A stretch of DNA of 54,735 nucleotides from Reclinomonas americana ATCC 50394 (lineage: Eukaryota): assembly GCA_048213135.1 (NCBI GenBank), contig PS015068.1, forward strand, positions 15,204 to 69,938, given 5' to 3'. Positions 1 through 14,300 of this stretch are shown here, one piece after another. Position 1 is the stretch's first letter. Each line of letters opens with the position of its first letter. The notes under the pieces are model-generated. The model did no database searches. It saw only the letters and a list, made by a program, of their open reading frames with translations, and was not told the origin of the DNA. Made by a program: the position numbers and the translations under genes.

Positions 1-84
1 GAACGCGCCCCGTCAGAAGGAACGCTCTCGGAGGTCGAGGGCTCCTCAGCCGGCCCACTCTCTCCAGTTTCCTCCGACGACTGA
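1..84 (+). CDS. Probable 3' end of an upstream gene (ERAPSEGTLSEVEGSSAGPLSPVSSDD*), product unknown
   Basis: Open frame from base 1 to TGA at 82-84, followed by T-rich, UTR-like sequence. No recognisable domain. Confidence 0.35.
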   Translation, partial: ERAPSEGTLSEVEGSSAGPLSPVSSDD

Positions 85-411
85 TTGTGATTTTTTGTTG
101 ATTTGTGACATGCTTTGTGTGGTCAAAAGAATTTCTCTCTTTTTTGGGTTTGTTTTGTGTGTTGTTTTTTTGTTTCCCGACTGTCTGACTCTTTCGTGTG
201 TTGGCGTGTGTGTGTGTGTATGTGTGTGTGTGTGTGTGTGTTTGTGTGTGCATGGGGCCCTTTATTTGCGTGCGCGTACTCTTTCTCCCTCTCTACCTCT
301 CTCCTCTCGTATGTCGAAGACTCCCCGCACTTGCAAGCTTCNNNNNNNNNNNNNNNNNNNNGAGAGACAGACTCAAGAGAGACTCAGGGCAGAGAGGAGC
401 GGAAGACGTAC

Positions 412-1020
412 CCTTCTCCAAACGCTCCACAAAGTGCGAGTTCTCCGACAGGAATCCGTAGCCGGGATGCACAGCCTCCGCGCCCGTGTCCCGCATGGCC
501 TTGATGATGGCATCTTGGTTGAGGTAGCTCAAGCGAGTCGGCGGCGGTCCCTGCGTGACAAGAGGAGAGTGAGAGACAAGAGACATGATGATGATGACGA
601 TGCATGGACAGGAGATGTGCGTGTGTGTGAGAGAGGGGGGTGGGTGAGAGGAGAGGAGAGGAGAACGCAACAATGCACACGGCCTCGTCGGCCAATCGCA
701 CATGCTTGGCAAACTCATCGGCCTCCGAGTAGACAGCGACCGTGCGAATGCCCATGCGACGCGCAGTGCGGAACACACGGCATGCAATCTCACCGCGGTT
801 GGCCACCAAGATCTTCTTGAACGTCTGCGCAGAGAGAGAAGGAGAGAGAGAAGGAGAAGAGTGAGCGGCCATTGCACCAACAAGACACAAGAGCACACAC
901 ACGTGCCTTGACAGGGTAGTTGCACGGAGGCTCGACTTTGACAGGCGGCACACTCGACGTCGACATGCAGCGTGTCGTGGCCAGCGCCGCACGCGCCACG
1001 CGCTGCAGCAGCAACACCAT
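412..1020 (-). CDS. PCCA: Propionyl-CoA carboxylase alpha subunit, 5' part (exons 1020-907, 824-672, 550-412), on a contig inverted relative to the rest of the gene
   Basis: Mitochondrial-type presequence [23 protein letters not shown], then biotin carboxylase N-terminus [36 protein letters not shown]...[10 protein letters not shown]. Phase-1 donor at 411 matches the phase-1 acceptor at 1752 on + (G|AG, giving [11 protein letters not shown]). Confidence 0.93.
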
Positions 1021-1238
1021 TGCGAAAGATGCGATTTGCGCGAAGTCCTGCTGCATCAAATGCGTTTTTTTGTGTTGATTGGTGACGTTGCATGGATGAT
1101 CATGCAACAGCTGTGTAACACGGGCATTTGATTATAAACAACACAAACACATGATCGCACATGGCGGATCAGTTAAACTCGATCTCTATTCTCGAACTTC
1201 GTGATGCAGCTTGGCCAACTGCAATTGCAACTGTGAAA

Positions 1239-1394
1239 GCTGTGCCCAAGTGTCCCTACACCGCTGATGGACAAGTAAATGGTAGACCAGTGCCCTCCTT
1301 GCTGTGCTCAAGGGTCCCTACACCGCTGATGGAGTGAATGGAAGGCCAGTGCCCTCCTTGCTGTGCTCAAGGGTCCCTACGTATACACCGCTGA
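1239..1394. repeat. Imperfect tandem repeat, unit about 60 bp, about 2.5 copies
   Basis: gctgtgc(c/t)caag(t/g)gtccctacaccgctgatgga...ccagtgccctcctt recurs at 1239, 1301 and, partially, 1360. Confidence 0.85.
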
Positions 1395-1752
1395 ACCACA
1401 CACAGAGGGATTGAATTATACACGTAAAACACAATGGCTCGTGCGAGGAGAGCAAGCGCTCGACGGTCATGTTTGTCGTCGCTCTCAGAGAAGGGGGAGG
1501 GGGAGGTGGAAAAGGAAACNNNNNNNNNNNNNNNNNNNNNNNNNNNNNNNNNNNNNNNNNNNNNNNNNNNNNNNNNNNNNNNNNNNNNNNNNNNNNNNNN
1601 NNNNNNNNNNNNNNNNNNNNNNNNNNNNNNNNNNNNNNNNNNNNNNNNNNNNNNNNNNNNNNNNNNNNNNNNNNNNNNNNNNNNNNNNNNNNNNNNNNNN
1701 NNNNNNNNNNNNNNNNNNNNNNNNNNNNNNNNNNNNNNTGAATGCCCTGCAG

Positions 1753-4023
1753 AGGGGTTCACGTTCATTGGACCGCCGTCGTCGGCCATGGATGCCATGG
1801 GAGACAAGATCCACTCGAAGCGTCTGGCGGTGAAGGCCGGTGTCAACACCATTCCCGGCTTCAACGGCGAGGTGGAGACCATTGAGCAGGTGCTCAAGAT
1901 CTCCAACGAGATTGGCTACCCGGTCATGATCAAGGCGTCGGCTGGTGGCGGTGGCAAGGGCATGCGCATTGCGTGGAACGACAAGGAGGCTGTGGAGGGC
2001 TACAATCTGTCGAGAGCCGAGGCCGCCAGCTCGTTTGGCGACGATCGCATGTTTATTGAGAAGTTCATCGAGCAGCCGCGTCACATTGAGATTCAAGTGA
2101 TTGGCGACAAGCTCGGCAACCTCGTTGAGTGACGCCGCCACCGCACCCAGCAGCACTGTCACGTACCNNNNNNNNNNNNNNNNNNNNGGTTCTCAATGCC
2201 CCTTTTTTCTCCCTCACAGCTGTACCTGCCGGAGCGCGAGTGCTCCATTCAGCGCCGCAACCAAAAGGTCATTGAGGAGGCGCCGTCGACCTTCCTGGAT
2301 CCGGCCACGCGCAAGGCCATGGGAGAGCAGTTGCGCTCGTTTTTAACTATCCTCTTTCTCTCTTGTGTGCCGCCTTGTTAATCGTGTGTGTGTGTGTGGA
2401 CGATGGCAGAGCGGTGCGACTCGGCAAGGCCGTCGGCTACACCTCAGCCGGCACTGTGGAGATGCTCGTCGACAAGAACCGCAACTTCTACTTCCTGGAG
2501 ATGAACACCCGCCTGCAGGTGGAGCACCCCATTACTGAGTTCATCACCGGGCTGGATCTTGTGGAGCAGATGATTCTGGCGGCCTCTGGCAACCCGCTGT
2601 CGGTGCGCCAGGAGGATATTCGCATTCGCGGCTGGGCCACCGAGTCTCGTGTGTACGCCGAGGTCTGTGTTGTCCCCCTGTCTCCCTTCATGGCCTGGTG
2701 TGTTTTCTGAACTTGTTTTGTGCCGCAGGATCCGTTCCGCAACTTCCTGCCGTCGATTGGCCGTCTGACCACCTACAAGGAGCCGCTGTCGGGCAACCCG
2801 AATGTGCGCTGCGACTCGGGCATTCTCGAGGGCTCTGAGATTAGCATTTTCTACGATCCGCTGATCTGCAAGCTCATCACCTACGGAGAGAACCGCGAGC
2901 AGTCGATTGCCCTCATGCGCAAGGCTCTCGACAGCTACCAGATCAAGGCACGTGTGCTTGTCATGTGTTGATCTCGTTGGCAGTGCGCGGTGGGCTCACA
3001 TCGTGCTGTCGCATCGCAGGGTGTGAACCACAACGTCGCGTTCTTGCGCGCTGTGCTGGAGAATCCGCGCTACCTGAGCGGTGCCATCACCACCAAGTTC
3101 ATCCCGGAGGAGTACCCGAAGGGCTTTGGTGGTCACGTGTTGATTCCGCGCCAGCGCATCATTCTGAAGGCGGCTGCTGCTCTCATGGAGGTACTCGGGT
3201 TTTTTTCGCTCTTCCGACTGTTAGCGATCACTGATTTGTGCCTCATTTCTTATCTGCTGCAGTACGAGACGCACCAGCTCAACAACAGCGTGGTGGAGCA
3301 CATGATCCCGTTGGTGGATGCTGATGCCAACCGCGGCTCCTACATGGTGACCGTCGTCAAGGGCCAGGTGTCGCACGCTGAGCACGACAGTGCGGAGGCG
3401 GTGACGGTGGAGCAGGACGAGAGCGGCGCCTTCAATGTCCGCGTCGGCGATCAGCAGGTGACCCTCAACACCGACTGGGTCCCCGGCAGCGCCATTTTCG
3501 ATGCCATTCTCGACGGCGAGGAGGAGCTGGTCGTGCAGGTGCACAACCGCGGCTCGCAGGGCGCTGTTTTGCAATACTTTGGCATGCACGTTGCGTGCAC
3601 ACACACACTTCTGCTTTTTCCTCCTCACATGTGTTGTCGCTCACTGCTCTCTCTGCCGATGCAGTTCACGGTGCGTGTCGACTCACCTGCGGAGCACGAG
3701 CTGCGCCGCTACATGCCGATCCCCAAGAAGGTCGACACCTCCAAGTCGCTGCTGTCGCCCATGCCCGGCTCTGTGGTGTCCATCAACGTGCAACCGGGTG
3801 ACAAGGTCCGTTTGCCGGTCTCTGTGTGATTATTGCGCTCTGCTCGTTTCCATTCACTCATCGCCTCGCCGAGCAGGTTGTGATGGGCCAAGAGATGGCG
3901 ATTGTGGAGGCCATGAAGATGCGCAATGTGTTGCGCTGCGAGCGTGACGCCACCGTCAAGGCCGTGCACGCGAAGCCGGGCTCCACGGTGCAGGCCGATG
4001 AGGTCCTCATCGAGTTCGACTAA
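1753..4023 (+). CDS. PCCA: Propionyl-CoA carboxylase alpha subunit, main and 3' part (8 exons)
   Basis: [63 protein letters not shown] and the biotin-attachment motif EAMKM. Stop TAA at 4021-4023. Confidence 0.95.
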
Positions 4024-4765
4024 CTGAACAGCCACAGCCTCACCGACGCTGTGGTGCGCTCACTGATCACCGGCGGTGTTGTTCTCTGTTGTTGTTGTTG
4101 TTGTTGTTGTTGTTGAGTGAAAGAAAAAACCCAATTTTCACTGATCATTGTTTGCTGATGGCGAGCGCAAGTGGTGGCGGTGTCGGTTGGCGACCGCTGA
4201 CTGCATGGCAAGCACTGCTGTGCGACGAAGACGGCCTGCGCAAGAATGTGTTTCACCGCAAGAGTCGAGTCTCCCAAGCACACACACGAATGCGTGGTGG
4301 CATCGACACTCACACATTGTCGCACACAGGTCGTCTCCATCGCACACTCTCCGACTATCGCGTACAGCTGCAACAGCGCCTTCCACGCGGCGTCTCTGTG
4401 CTCGCTGTCGAACGCATGCATCGCCTCACACGCAAGGCATCGTCGCCACCCAAGTACACGCCATCGCTGCAACAGCGGCGATCCATTGTGATGCTGGATC
4501 AACGTCCCTCCAACAGTGGCGCCGACACGCCCGCCTCGCAGTTGCGCGCGCACACACTCGCCTGTGGTCATATCTCATACACTCATGCACGCACGCGCAT
4601 GCTAGTCCATCGGGTCGCTCCACACCATCGTTGCAGGGAGCGACGGTGCCACTCATTGCCGCCGCCGAGGTTGGGCACTCTCGATTCTGCGTGCACTTTG
4701 TCTTGCTCATTTGTGCTCGCTCGCTGGTGCAGGCTGCTGCTGCTGCTGCTGCCGCTGGAGCACCA

Positions 4766-7700
4766 ATGTCGAGTGTCGCCAGCTCGTCGCGCCGATCGGA
4801 GGAGAGTGACGCCGTGCGGATTGCCGACGATGTTGCGCGCTGCGAGGTGGTTGTCTTGGCCAGTCAATCGTCTCCTTCGCTGACCTCCTCTCTCGCAAGG
4901 TGCTGTTTCGGATGTACCGAGTTGTCAACAATCTGCGATGTCCGCGCACTCGAGCGGAGCGCTTTGGTGTGCTGCGAGCGGCGTGGGATCAGGTGTACGA
5001 CGAGCACCAATCGTTGTGCTGGGAAAAGTGGTGTTGCGTGCAATCAGTCCTCTGTCACACCTTGTTTCTTCCCCGCCCGTGGTGTGGTGTTCAACCACGA
5101 GTGATCGATCGCAGCGGCCGCCGAAGACAACGTGACACGCTATGTGGCCACGTATTCGGCCGAGGATGTGCTACGGATGGCCGGTCGCGAGGATTTCGAC
5201 TTTGACATGGCGCCGCTGCACGCGCAAGTCATTCGGGTCTGGTCGCAAGTGCCGCAGGTGTCACGCGAACGTGTCAGTCCGCCGGTGTATGAGCGCTTGT
5301 GGGCCATTATCAATCTGGCTCTGGTGCCTGGTTGCAGTCGCGAAGAGGCCATCTTCATGGCTCGAGTTGTGTCTCCCATGAACTGTCGATGGCGCCAACG
5401 ATATCCTGTCAGGGGCTCTCTGACTTTGCAGTTGTTTGTGCGCTATGCAGGAGGACATGATGGCGGAGATGACGGTGTTGGGCAAGGGCACACAGACGCT
5501 GGATTACTTTGATTTCTTCAAGAGTCTATTGCAGGTGGCCGACATTTTCTGTGTCACAGAGAGGAGCAGCGAGTTGCGTCGACATTCGTCCAGCAGTTGC
5601 TCGCCACAGTGGCATGACTGAGCGTGCAGGTACGTTGATTTCTTCGCCAACTTTGCGGGCGTGGTGGTGCCGATGCTGCAAAACGGTGAGGCAGACGATA
5701 TGCGCGAACATCGCGGCATTTGTTTGACAGATTGTCAAACGCAGAATTCAAGGACATGGACAAGTTCGACTGGCGGTTTTCGCGACTTGAGGTATGCGTA
5801 TACATCTCGACTCGTTTGATTCTCATGGCATGTCTCACCGGAGGAGCAGCTGCGCCGCCTGTGGCCCGAACAACTCGAGTCGCTACGTGCGCTCTATTCG
5901 GGAGTCACAATGACGGGTGTTCCGATCAGCCGGGGTGAGCGATTGCGGAGGTACAACGAGGTGCGTCGTCGTCGTCGTCGTCGTCTCGTTACGTTGTCGC
6001 CTCCCTCGCCTCACTTGTGGGAGTGCCACCCGCAGTTTCTGCTCTTCTTCCACCGTGCAGACGCCTGGGCACCCGAATGGCTTCTCGAAGAGATCGATGT
6101 CGAGTTGGTATTCCACTCGCTTCTGGAGATCATCGAACAGGGCGACGACTGGATGTGTGGCCTGTCGGCACTCTTGCTTGCCAAGTGCCTGCTGCGAGGT
6201 ATGTGTGCTACGTACTGTGTTGCGGGAGTGCAGTCGCTCACAGTGGCTGCAGATCGTCGTGCGCTGCGCATGGTCTGTGAATTCGTGTCGGACCGCACGG
6301 CCGACCTCACATCAGTGGCCAACTACATGTTCACCGGCGACATGGATTTCACTCATCGCGTACGTACGCGCTCGTCTCCAACCCCCTAAAGTTGCACTCA
6401 GCGTCACTCATCTTCACGGCCGTACGTAGAACCTCTTTCTCCGTTTCCTCGTGCTGGCCTTGAAGGGCACGACGCCACCGCTGCTCGAGTTTGCTCGTCT
6501 GCGTGAGGAGGCACGACAGTGGCTGGAGCCAGTGTTCACACGCTACACGTGGTTTCAGCCACCGGAACGCTCCCACTGGGCAGTGGTTGCCAACAGTTTC
6601 GTTGTTGCTGTCGCAAGCGGCGAGTAGCCCACTCCCCAACACATACTTGCTGCAGTCTTCTCGCGACTCAAGGAACAGCGATTCTCGTGTGAGGTGCTCT
6701 CCAAGGCGCAGCCGTATCAACCGCACAGTACGTCGCATGTGTGCCCTCATGCACCACACGCCCGTCAGTGTCACTGACAGTTTGTTGTGGCGACACCAGA
6801 GATTGGTCTGGGCGAGTTGCGTGTGCTGGCCTACTGTCGCAAGAAATCCTATCCGCAAATCATTGTCGACGGTCACATGCTGTTTGATCAGCCGGAGACC
6901 GACAAGGACGAGGTTGCGTTACTCGGCGACGCACGCACAACGTTAGTATCATCACTTACAGTCACATGCTTCACAGGAGATGAATCTGGTGTTCGAAATG
7001 GCAGTGGTGACCTCGAACATGCCTCACGGACTGATCTTTGACGTGCGTCACGTTCTCGCCGGCGAGGTACAGACGGAGCACCTGACACCGCTTCGCATGG
7101 GACTGTCGACCATCATCAAGCGAGCCAGGTAAGCGAGTGTGGTGGCAGGAATTGCTCGCCACTGCAGTCAGTCGTCGCTGAGCACCGTGCAGAGCGCGAG
7201 AGCGCATTCCATACCGCGCCGTAGCCGAGATGCGCTACAAGGTCAAGTTCGGTGTGCCGTTCATCATCAACACGACGTACCCGCAGCTGCGCTTCACCAT
7301 TGTCTCCACCGGCGAGTCCAACCTTGCCATTACCGACATGAATGTGCGGCGCATTGCTCGGAAGCGTGAAGAGCCACAGCCGCCGCCGGCATCGTCGCCA
7401 CCACCGACAGAACCGCCTCCCAACGAGGGATCGGAGGCGTCGTCGACACCCCGCCTCCTCCGCAAGTCATCGACGCGATCACGTCTGCGTGCCTCATCAA
7501 CGACCTCCAGTGCACACATGGTGGAGCAGGCCGACGACCTGGCGTGGGAGGACGACGACCAGTACGAGACGTTGAGCGAGATCGAGGAGGTTTGTTTTGT
7601 TTGCGTGCCGACTGGTGAGCGTGAGTCGGCAACTCACTTTCACGCAGGAGGTCAGCGACGATGACTTTGACGACGGCGGCGAGTGGGACGAGAGTGACGA

Positions 7701-8082
7701 AGCCTCGCAATCGTCGGCAGACGACGAGCACCGCCCGACGGTGGAGCCAGCAGTTAGCACTCTGCGTGCCACCACCCCGGAAGGCGAAGTGGTGGCCGTG
7801 GAGGCAGCGACTGTGGGTCCACAACTGACGGCCGCCGAGCTGGAGACTATTGCACGCACGGCCGCGGAAGCAGCGCGTCAACGACACGCCCGGCAACTCG
7901 TCAACCTGCAGTCGAGTTGCGTGGAGAACTGATCATACTGACAGAACGCGCGTGCTGACTGTCGTGCGCCCACCACAGCCGTACAACGCGAGGCTCGCAG
8001 TGAGCTCGCTCGTGACGTGTTCGACGAGGTGTGGCAGTCGCACTGCCCAGATCCAACTGTGGCACTGCAAGACTGGTTGTGA
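4766..8082 (+). CDS. Uncharacterised multi-exon protein (about 15 exons) with a helical, possibly EF-hand-like N-terminal region and a Pro/acidic C-terminal region
   Basis: Continuous frame rebuilt using only GT-AG introns (YERLWAIINLALVPGCSREEAIFMAR|EDMMAE...FFKSLLQVADIF...RYKVKFGVPFIINTTYPQLRF...LQDWL*). Start codon and some exon borders are uncertain. Confidence 0.65.
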
Positions 8083-8233
8083 TGCGTGAGAGACAAGAGA
8101 GAGAGAGGGTTTATGTATTCTTGCGACCGACTGGAGGAAACGAGCCGCAGACTCACCCGGCGCCACTAGCAACCGGCAACCGAGCGAGCGCATCACAGAA
8201 AACACTCTCACGCGCATTCTATCGGCGGGTGGA

Positions 8234-8328
8234 TTACTTGGGAGACGATTTAGGTGGCTTCTGGGTGTACAGCGTCGGCGGAGGCGCATTCGGAGACGCG
8301 GCGCCCGCGCCCATCGGCATCACAGCCG
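8234..8328 (-). CDS. OXA1: Probable C-terminal tail of OXA1 (SAVMPMGAGAASPNAPPPTLYTQKPPKSSPK*)
   Basis: Basic tail ending in a stop on -. It continues the OXA1 frame if the adjacent contig 8404-9329 is flipped (inference). Confidence 0.55.
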
Positions 8329-8404
8329 ANNNNNNNNNNNNNNNNNNNNNNNNNNNNNNNNNNNNNNNNNNNNNNNNNNNNNNNNNNNNNNNNNNNNNNN
8401 NNNA

Positions 8405-9329
8405 GGGTGGCGCTCCCACTGTGCTGCTGTCGTATGTGCTCGAGTTCATGCATGTGAACATGCATCTGCCGTGGTTCGCCAGCATCATTGTGGCCACGGG
8501 CATTTTCCGCACACTGATCTTCCCGGCCGCCGTCTCGACGACCCGCAACGCCGCTCGCCTGCAGGTCATCGCCCCACAGATGACTGCACTCACTCAGAAG
8601 CTGAAGGTTCTCGCTTCCGCCCCCGGCTGGGCTGGGCGATGAGTGCTTTTGAAGCTGAGTGTGTCGTTTGTTGTTGCAGGAATACGAGAAGAACACGCCG
8701 CCATGGATGCAGACCGCCAGCGACTTGCAGAGACTGCTGCGCGAGAACAAGTGCCACCCGCTCAAGTCGATTGGCACGGTGTTGCTCCAGGCCCCGATCT
8801 TCATGACTTTCTTCTTCTGCCTCCGTCGCATGTCCACCGAGATCCCCTCGCTGTCCACGGGCGGTGCTCTGTGGTTCCAGGATCTGACGGTGCGTCAGTC
8901 GCCTCTCTTATTGGAGACATGTCCCTCTCAGTCTCTGATAAGTGGTGTGCAGGCCGCCGATCCGTACTACATCCTGCCGGTGCTCTCCTCGCTCAGCTTC
9001 CTCCTGACCATTGAGTTGGCCACGGAGACGCCTGCCGCCGCCACTGCCGAGTCGCTGAAGACGCAAAAGCTCGTCAAGAACCTCATGCGAGGCATGGCCA
9101 TTGTCATTATTCCCGCGACGGCAAGCTTCCCTGCGGTGCGTCGCCTCCTCCCTCTTCTCCTCCTCCTCCTCGCGATACGGCATTGTACTGACCAGCATTG
9201 CATGTGTGTGTGTGTCAACAGGCGATCTTCATGTACTGGGTAACATCGAACTTCTGGAGTCTGTTCCAGGGCCTGGTGCTCAAGCAAAAAGCGGTGCGCA
9301 AGGCCCTCGACATTCCCATACCAGTGCGC
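8405..9329 (+). CDS. OXA1: Mitochondrial inner-membrane insertase Oxa1/YidC family, internal exons; N-terminus lost in a gap
   Basis: LPWFASIIVATGIFRTLIFP, LLQAPIFMTFFFCLRRM, GGALWFQDLT|AADPYYILP and AIFMYWVTSNFWSLFQ are Oxa1/YidC hallmarks. Three GT-AG introns. Confidence 0.9.
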
Positions 9330-9985
9330 NNNNNNNNNNNNNNNNNNNNNNNNNNNNNNNNNNNNNNNNNNNNNNNNNNNNNNNNNNNNNNNNNNNNNNN
9401 NNNNNNNNNNNNNNNNNNNNNNNNNNNNNNNNNNNNNNNNNNNNNNNNNNNNNNNNNNNNNNNNNNNNNNNNNNNNNNNNNNNNNNNNNNNNNNNNNNNN
9501 NNNNNNNNNNNNNNNNNNNNNNNNNNNNNNNNNNNNNNNNNNNNNNNNNNNNNNNNNNNNNNNNNNNNNNNNNNNNNNNNNNNNNNNNNNNNNNNNNNNN
9601 NNNNNNNNNNNNNNNNNNNNNNNNNNNNNNNNNNNNNNNNNNNNNNNNNNNNNNNNNNNNNNNNNNNNNNNNNNNNNNNNNNNNNNNNNNNNNNNNNNNN
9701 NNNNNNNNNNNNNNNNNNNNNNNNNNNNNNNNNNNNNNNNNNNNNNNNNNNNNNNNNNNNNNNNNNNNNNNNNNNNNNNNNNNNNNNNNNNNNNNNNNNN
9801 NNNNNNNNNNNNNNNNNNNNNNNNNNNNNNNNNNNNNNNNNNNNNNNNNNNNNNNNNNNNNNNNNNNNNNNNNNNNNNNNNNNNNNNNNNNNNNNNNNNN
9901 NNNNNNNNNNNNNNNNNNNNNNNNNNNNNNNNNNNNNNNNNNNNNNNNNNNNNNNNNNNNNNNNNNNNNNNNNNNNNNNNNNTCA

Positions 9986-10944
<959 letters not shown>

Positions 10945-11375
10945 GTTGTTTGTTTGGTGGTGTTGAAGGGGGGTTAGCAGAAGACTGCGATAAAAGGAGT
11001 GTCAGTGCCACACACACTTTTTTGTCAAGTGATTACGCAAGAGAGGCGGCCGACATTTTCACCACAACAAAACTCACGCACACGCACACAAACACGCAAA
11101 CGAGATGCACAACGAGCAGGAAAGAGAGAGAGGGAGAGAGAGAGAGAAAAGAGAGGATGCGACACACACTGAGAGCAATCGGAAAATGGCAATTCACCTG
11201 CGCTCGTGTGTGCTTGCACAAAGTAGGGTGGGTTCAATCGAATCGTCGGATCGCGAAATATTTGTAGGTGTGCGAGAGAGGGCCCGATGCTTTTTTCGCC
11301 CCAAGGCCCGCCCGTTGAGTGTTATTCCTGCATGCGTGGCGTCGCTGTCCGCATGATCCTGCATATATACTATAT

Positions 11376-14300
11376 TTACACCGCTCCGTCTCTTGCCGAT
11401 CCAGGTCTTCTGAAGAAACGCGTGACGCGCAGCGAGTGGTCCGTGTAGCCGGCCACGATGCACTGATCGTTGGGATGCCAGTCGAGGCATGTGACAGCGG
11501 ATCGAGCAAACGTATCGGAGAGGCCTTGTACCGGATCGGCCTGGTCGGTGCGGAACAGCAGGTGCGGGTTGCTGGTGACGAGGTACTGCCCGTCCGAGCT
11601 GATCGCCAGCTCCGGTCGCACGCACGCCGTCATGGCGCCGACAATTCCAAAATTCTCCGTGCCCGGTGCGTCGGCAGCGGCCGAGGCAGTGCCACCGAGG
11701 ACGTTGGAGCTGCCGCGTCGCAGCAACTCGGGCACCAGCTGCTGTGGCGACGAGGGGGCGTTGCGCATTTCCGAGTTTGAGCGTGCACGCAGCGCTTGCA
11801 CGGCCGGCGACGGTCGCATGTCGCCAATGTGCGCCAGTGGNNNNNNNNNNNNNNNNNNNNNNNNNNNNNNNNNNNNNNNNNNNNNNNNNNNNNNNNNNNN
11901 NNNNNNNNNNNNNNNNNNNNNNNNNNNNNNNNNNNNNNNNNNNNNNNNNNNNNNNNNNNNNNNNNNNNNNNNNNNNNNNNNNNNNNNNNNNNNNNNNNNN
12001 NNNNNNNNNNNNNNNNNNNNNNNNNNNNNNNNNNNNNNNNNNNNNNNNNNNNNNNNNNNNNNNNNNNNNNNNNNNNNNNNNNNNNNNNNNNNNNNNNNNN
12101 NNNNCGACGGTGTCTTGGGTGCTGCGGCGGCTGCTACGGCGGCGGCACCGGCGATCGGTGAGCCAGACAGACCGTCGTCAGCGGGAGCCTCCGATCGCTC
12201 GCTCTCCAGTGCGTCGGCCGAGCGTGCCTGTGCGCGAGAGTCAGGCGACACAACAATGTGTGGAGAAGCGAATTGTGGAGAATCGTACCGCTTGACTGCT
12301 CAGAGCACCGGCGAGGGCGACACTGACCGACGGCGGCGGCGAGCCGGAGACGCTGGCGGCAAAGGTCGGGAAGTTGAAGGTGCGAATGACTTTGCCGATC
12401 ATGTGAATGGACCATTCGGTCAGCTGCAGCACGTGTTTGAGTTATAGAGAGGGAGGGAGAGAGAGATGAGGTTGGAATAGATGCACGTGCCTGTCCGTCG
12501 GCACCAATGCTGAACAGTGAGGTTTCGTGCGGGGCGTACTTGACGCAGGCCACGGCGCCCTGATGTGCCGGCCAACCCATAATGGGCGCCGATGTGTTGA
12601 TGTCTGTCGTTGCACGCAGCGGTGAGTGAGACTGGCTGGAGACAGCAGTAGACGGGGAAGCTGGCTACTCACCAAAAATGCGAATNNNNNNNNNNNNNNN
12701 NNNNNCATGCCGTCGGTGCAGCCGGCGATCAGCATGTTGCCGTTGTGATTGTACTGAATGCTCCGGACGACGACATTCCCGGGATCGAGAGCAAAGCAGT
12801 TCTCCACGGTGCCTCGCTTCAGATTCCACAGACACAAGAGGGAGCTGGTGATGCGCGACGATTCCGGCGGCAGCAACGACGTCACCATGCTGTTCGACGA
12901 CGGGCTCACCACCAAGTCGCTCACTCTGCACGCGGGCACCCGCGGTCAGGCCTCTCTCGTGTGCAACAATACAATAAAAAATGGACGCACCTGGGGTACT
13001 CGGCTGGGGCGTACAGCTCGCCCGCAATCTGCTGATTCTCCACATTCCACAAGCGGATCTTGCGCGACGCCGTGCCGCACACCAACATGCGATTGCTCTT
13101 CACATCCCAGTCGAGCGCTGTCACCGGCAGCTCACAGCGAATGTAGTGCGCNNNNNNNNNNNNNNNNNNNNNNNNNNNNNNNNNNNNNNNNNNNNNNNNN
13201 NNNNNNNNNNNNNNNNNNNNNNNNNNNNNNNNNNNNNNNNNNNNNNNNNNNNNNNNNNNNNNNNNNNNNNNNNNNNNNNNNNNNNNNNNNNNNNNNNNNN
13301 NNNNNNNNNNNNNNNNNNNNNNNNNNNNNNNNNNNNNNNNNNNNNNNNNNNNNNNNNNNNNNNNNNNNNNNNNAATCGTTGGTGCCTCGGTTTTCCAAAC
13401 GCTACACGTGGCCGCAGGTGAGAACACTCATGAAGTACACATGAGTGCGAAATACACACCTCACAACGCCATCCGACGAAGCACTGGCGATCTGCTCGCC
13501 ATTCGCACTGAATCGCGCCCGCACCACCCCACTGTGGTGTTGCGGATACACGTTTTGCACTTGGAGCGAGAAGAAGCCTTGATCCTGATTGACCATGCGG
13601 TTCGTGCACTGAATGTCACCTGCAAGCACACACAACAGTCATTATTCCGTACGTATGCAAAACCTAGCCCCTGCCAACGCACCCTTCTCGCCCTTGGCCG
13701 ATCCGGCCTTTCGCAGGCTCTTGCTGACACTCTGGTCCGACGATAGCGCCGGCATGGAGGAGCGCACGGGTGTGCCCACTTGCAGTGGCGGTGACACACT
13801 GCCGCCACCACTGCCTCCGCTGGCCACCGTGGCCGCCAGTGACGATGGTGTACCAGAGCCATCGCCCACACTTCCACCCGCTGCGCCGTTGCCGCCGGCA
13901 TCGCTCAGCGCCTCGGCGATGCTGCCGCCACCACCACCGCCGCCACCAGCGGCCTCATTCAACGATCCGAAGTGTGTTCGCCGCTTGGTGGGCGCCTGTG
14001 ACACCTCGTCTGTACCGTCCACATCGACAACCCAGCCCGTCAGTCGCTCCTCGAGTTTTCTGTGATGTGTTGACGGTGAGACAGTGCTGAAGATACACCC
14101 CACTCATCCCCTGCCTGCCTGCCACTCAACATCACATTCTTTTCGAGTTCCCGGATGCGCGCTCGCGCCGCCTCCAGCTCATCACCGAGCCTCTCGCTCT
14201 CCAGGCGCAGACTGTTGAAGTTGAGGAGCCGAGGCAGCGGAATCTGACTGAAAATGGTCGACAAGAAGTTGGTCAACGACGTCACAAACTCGTTCATCCA

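Noticed and set aside
1239-1394. CRISPR-like array
   Set aside because: The intervening sequences are near-identical rather than unique spacers, the context is eukaryotic and there are no cas genes.
362-1753. Trans-splicing or programmed inversion joining opposite-strand halves of PCCA
   Set aside because: The strand switch coincides with N gaps, as in every other case in the window. Contig mis-orientation is simpler.
4024-4760. Long overlapping ORFs between PCCA and the unknown gene, and the many antisense or N-spanning ORFs in the track
   Set aside because: No recognisable domains. They are expected from high GC, microsatellites and gap read-through, although a small minus-strand gene here cannot be excluded.
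5686-5744. Apparent frameshift in the unknown gene
   Set aside because: Resolved by the downstream acceptor cgcag at 5744, a canonical 59-nt intron.
8080-8328. TGATG stop/start overlap suggesting translational coupling of the unknown gene to OXA1 (ORF 8031-8642)
   Set aside because: The + ORF crosses an N gap and has no presequence or Oxa1 similarity before it. The - strand there encodes a plausible OXA1 tail, so the OXA1 contig is probably just flipped.
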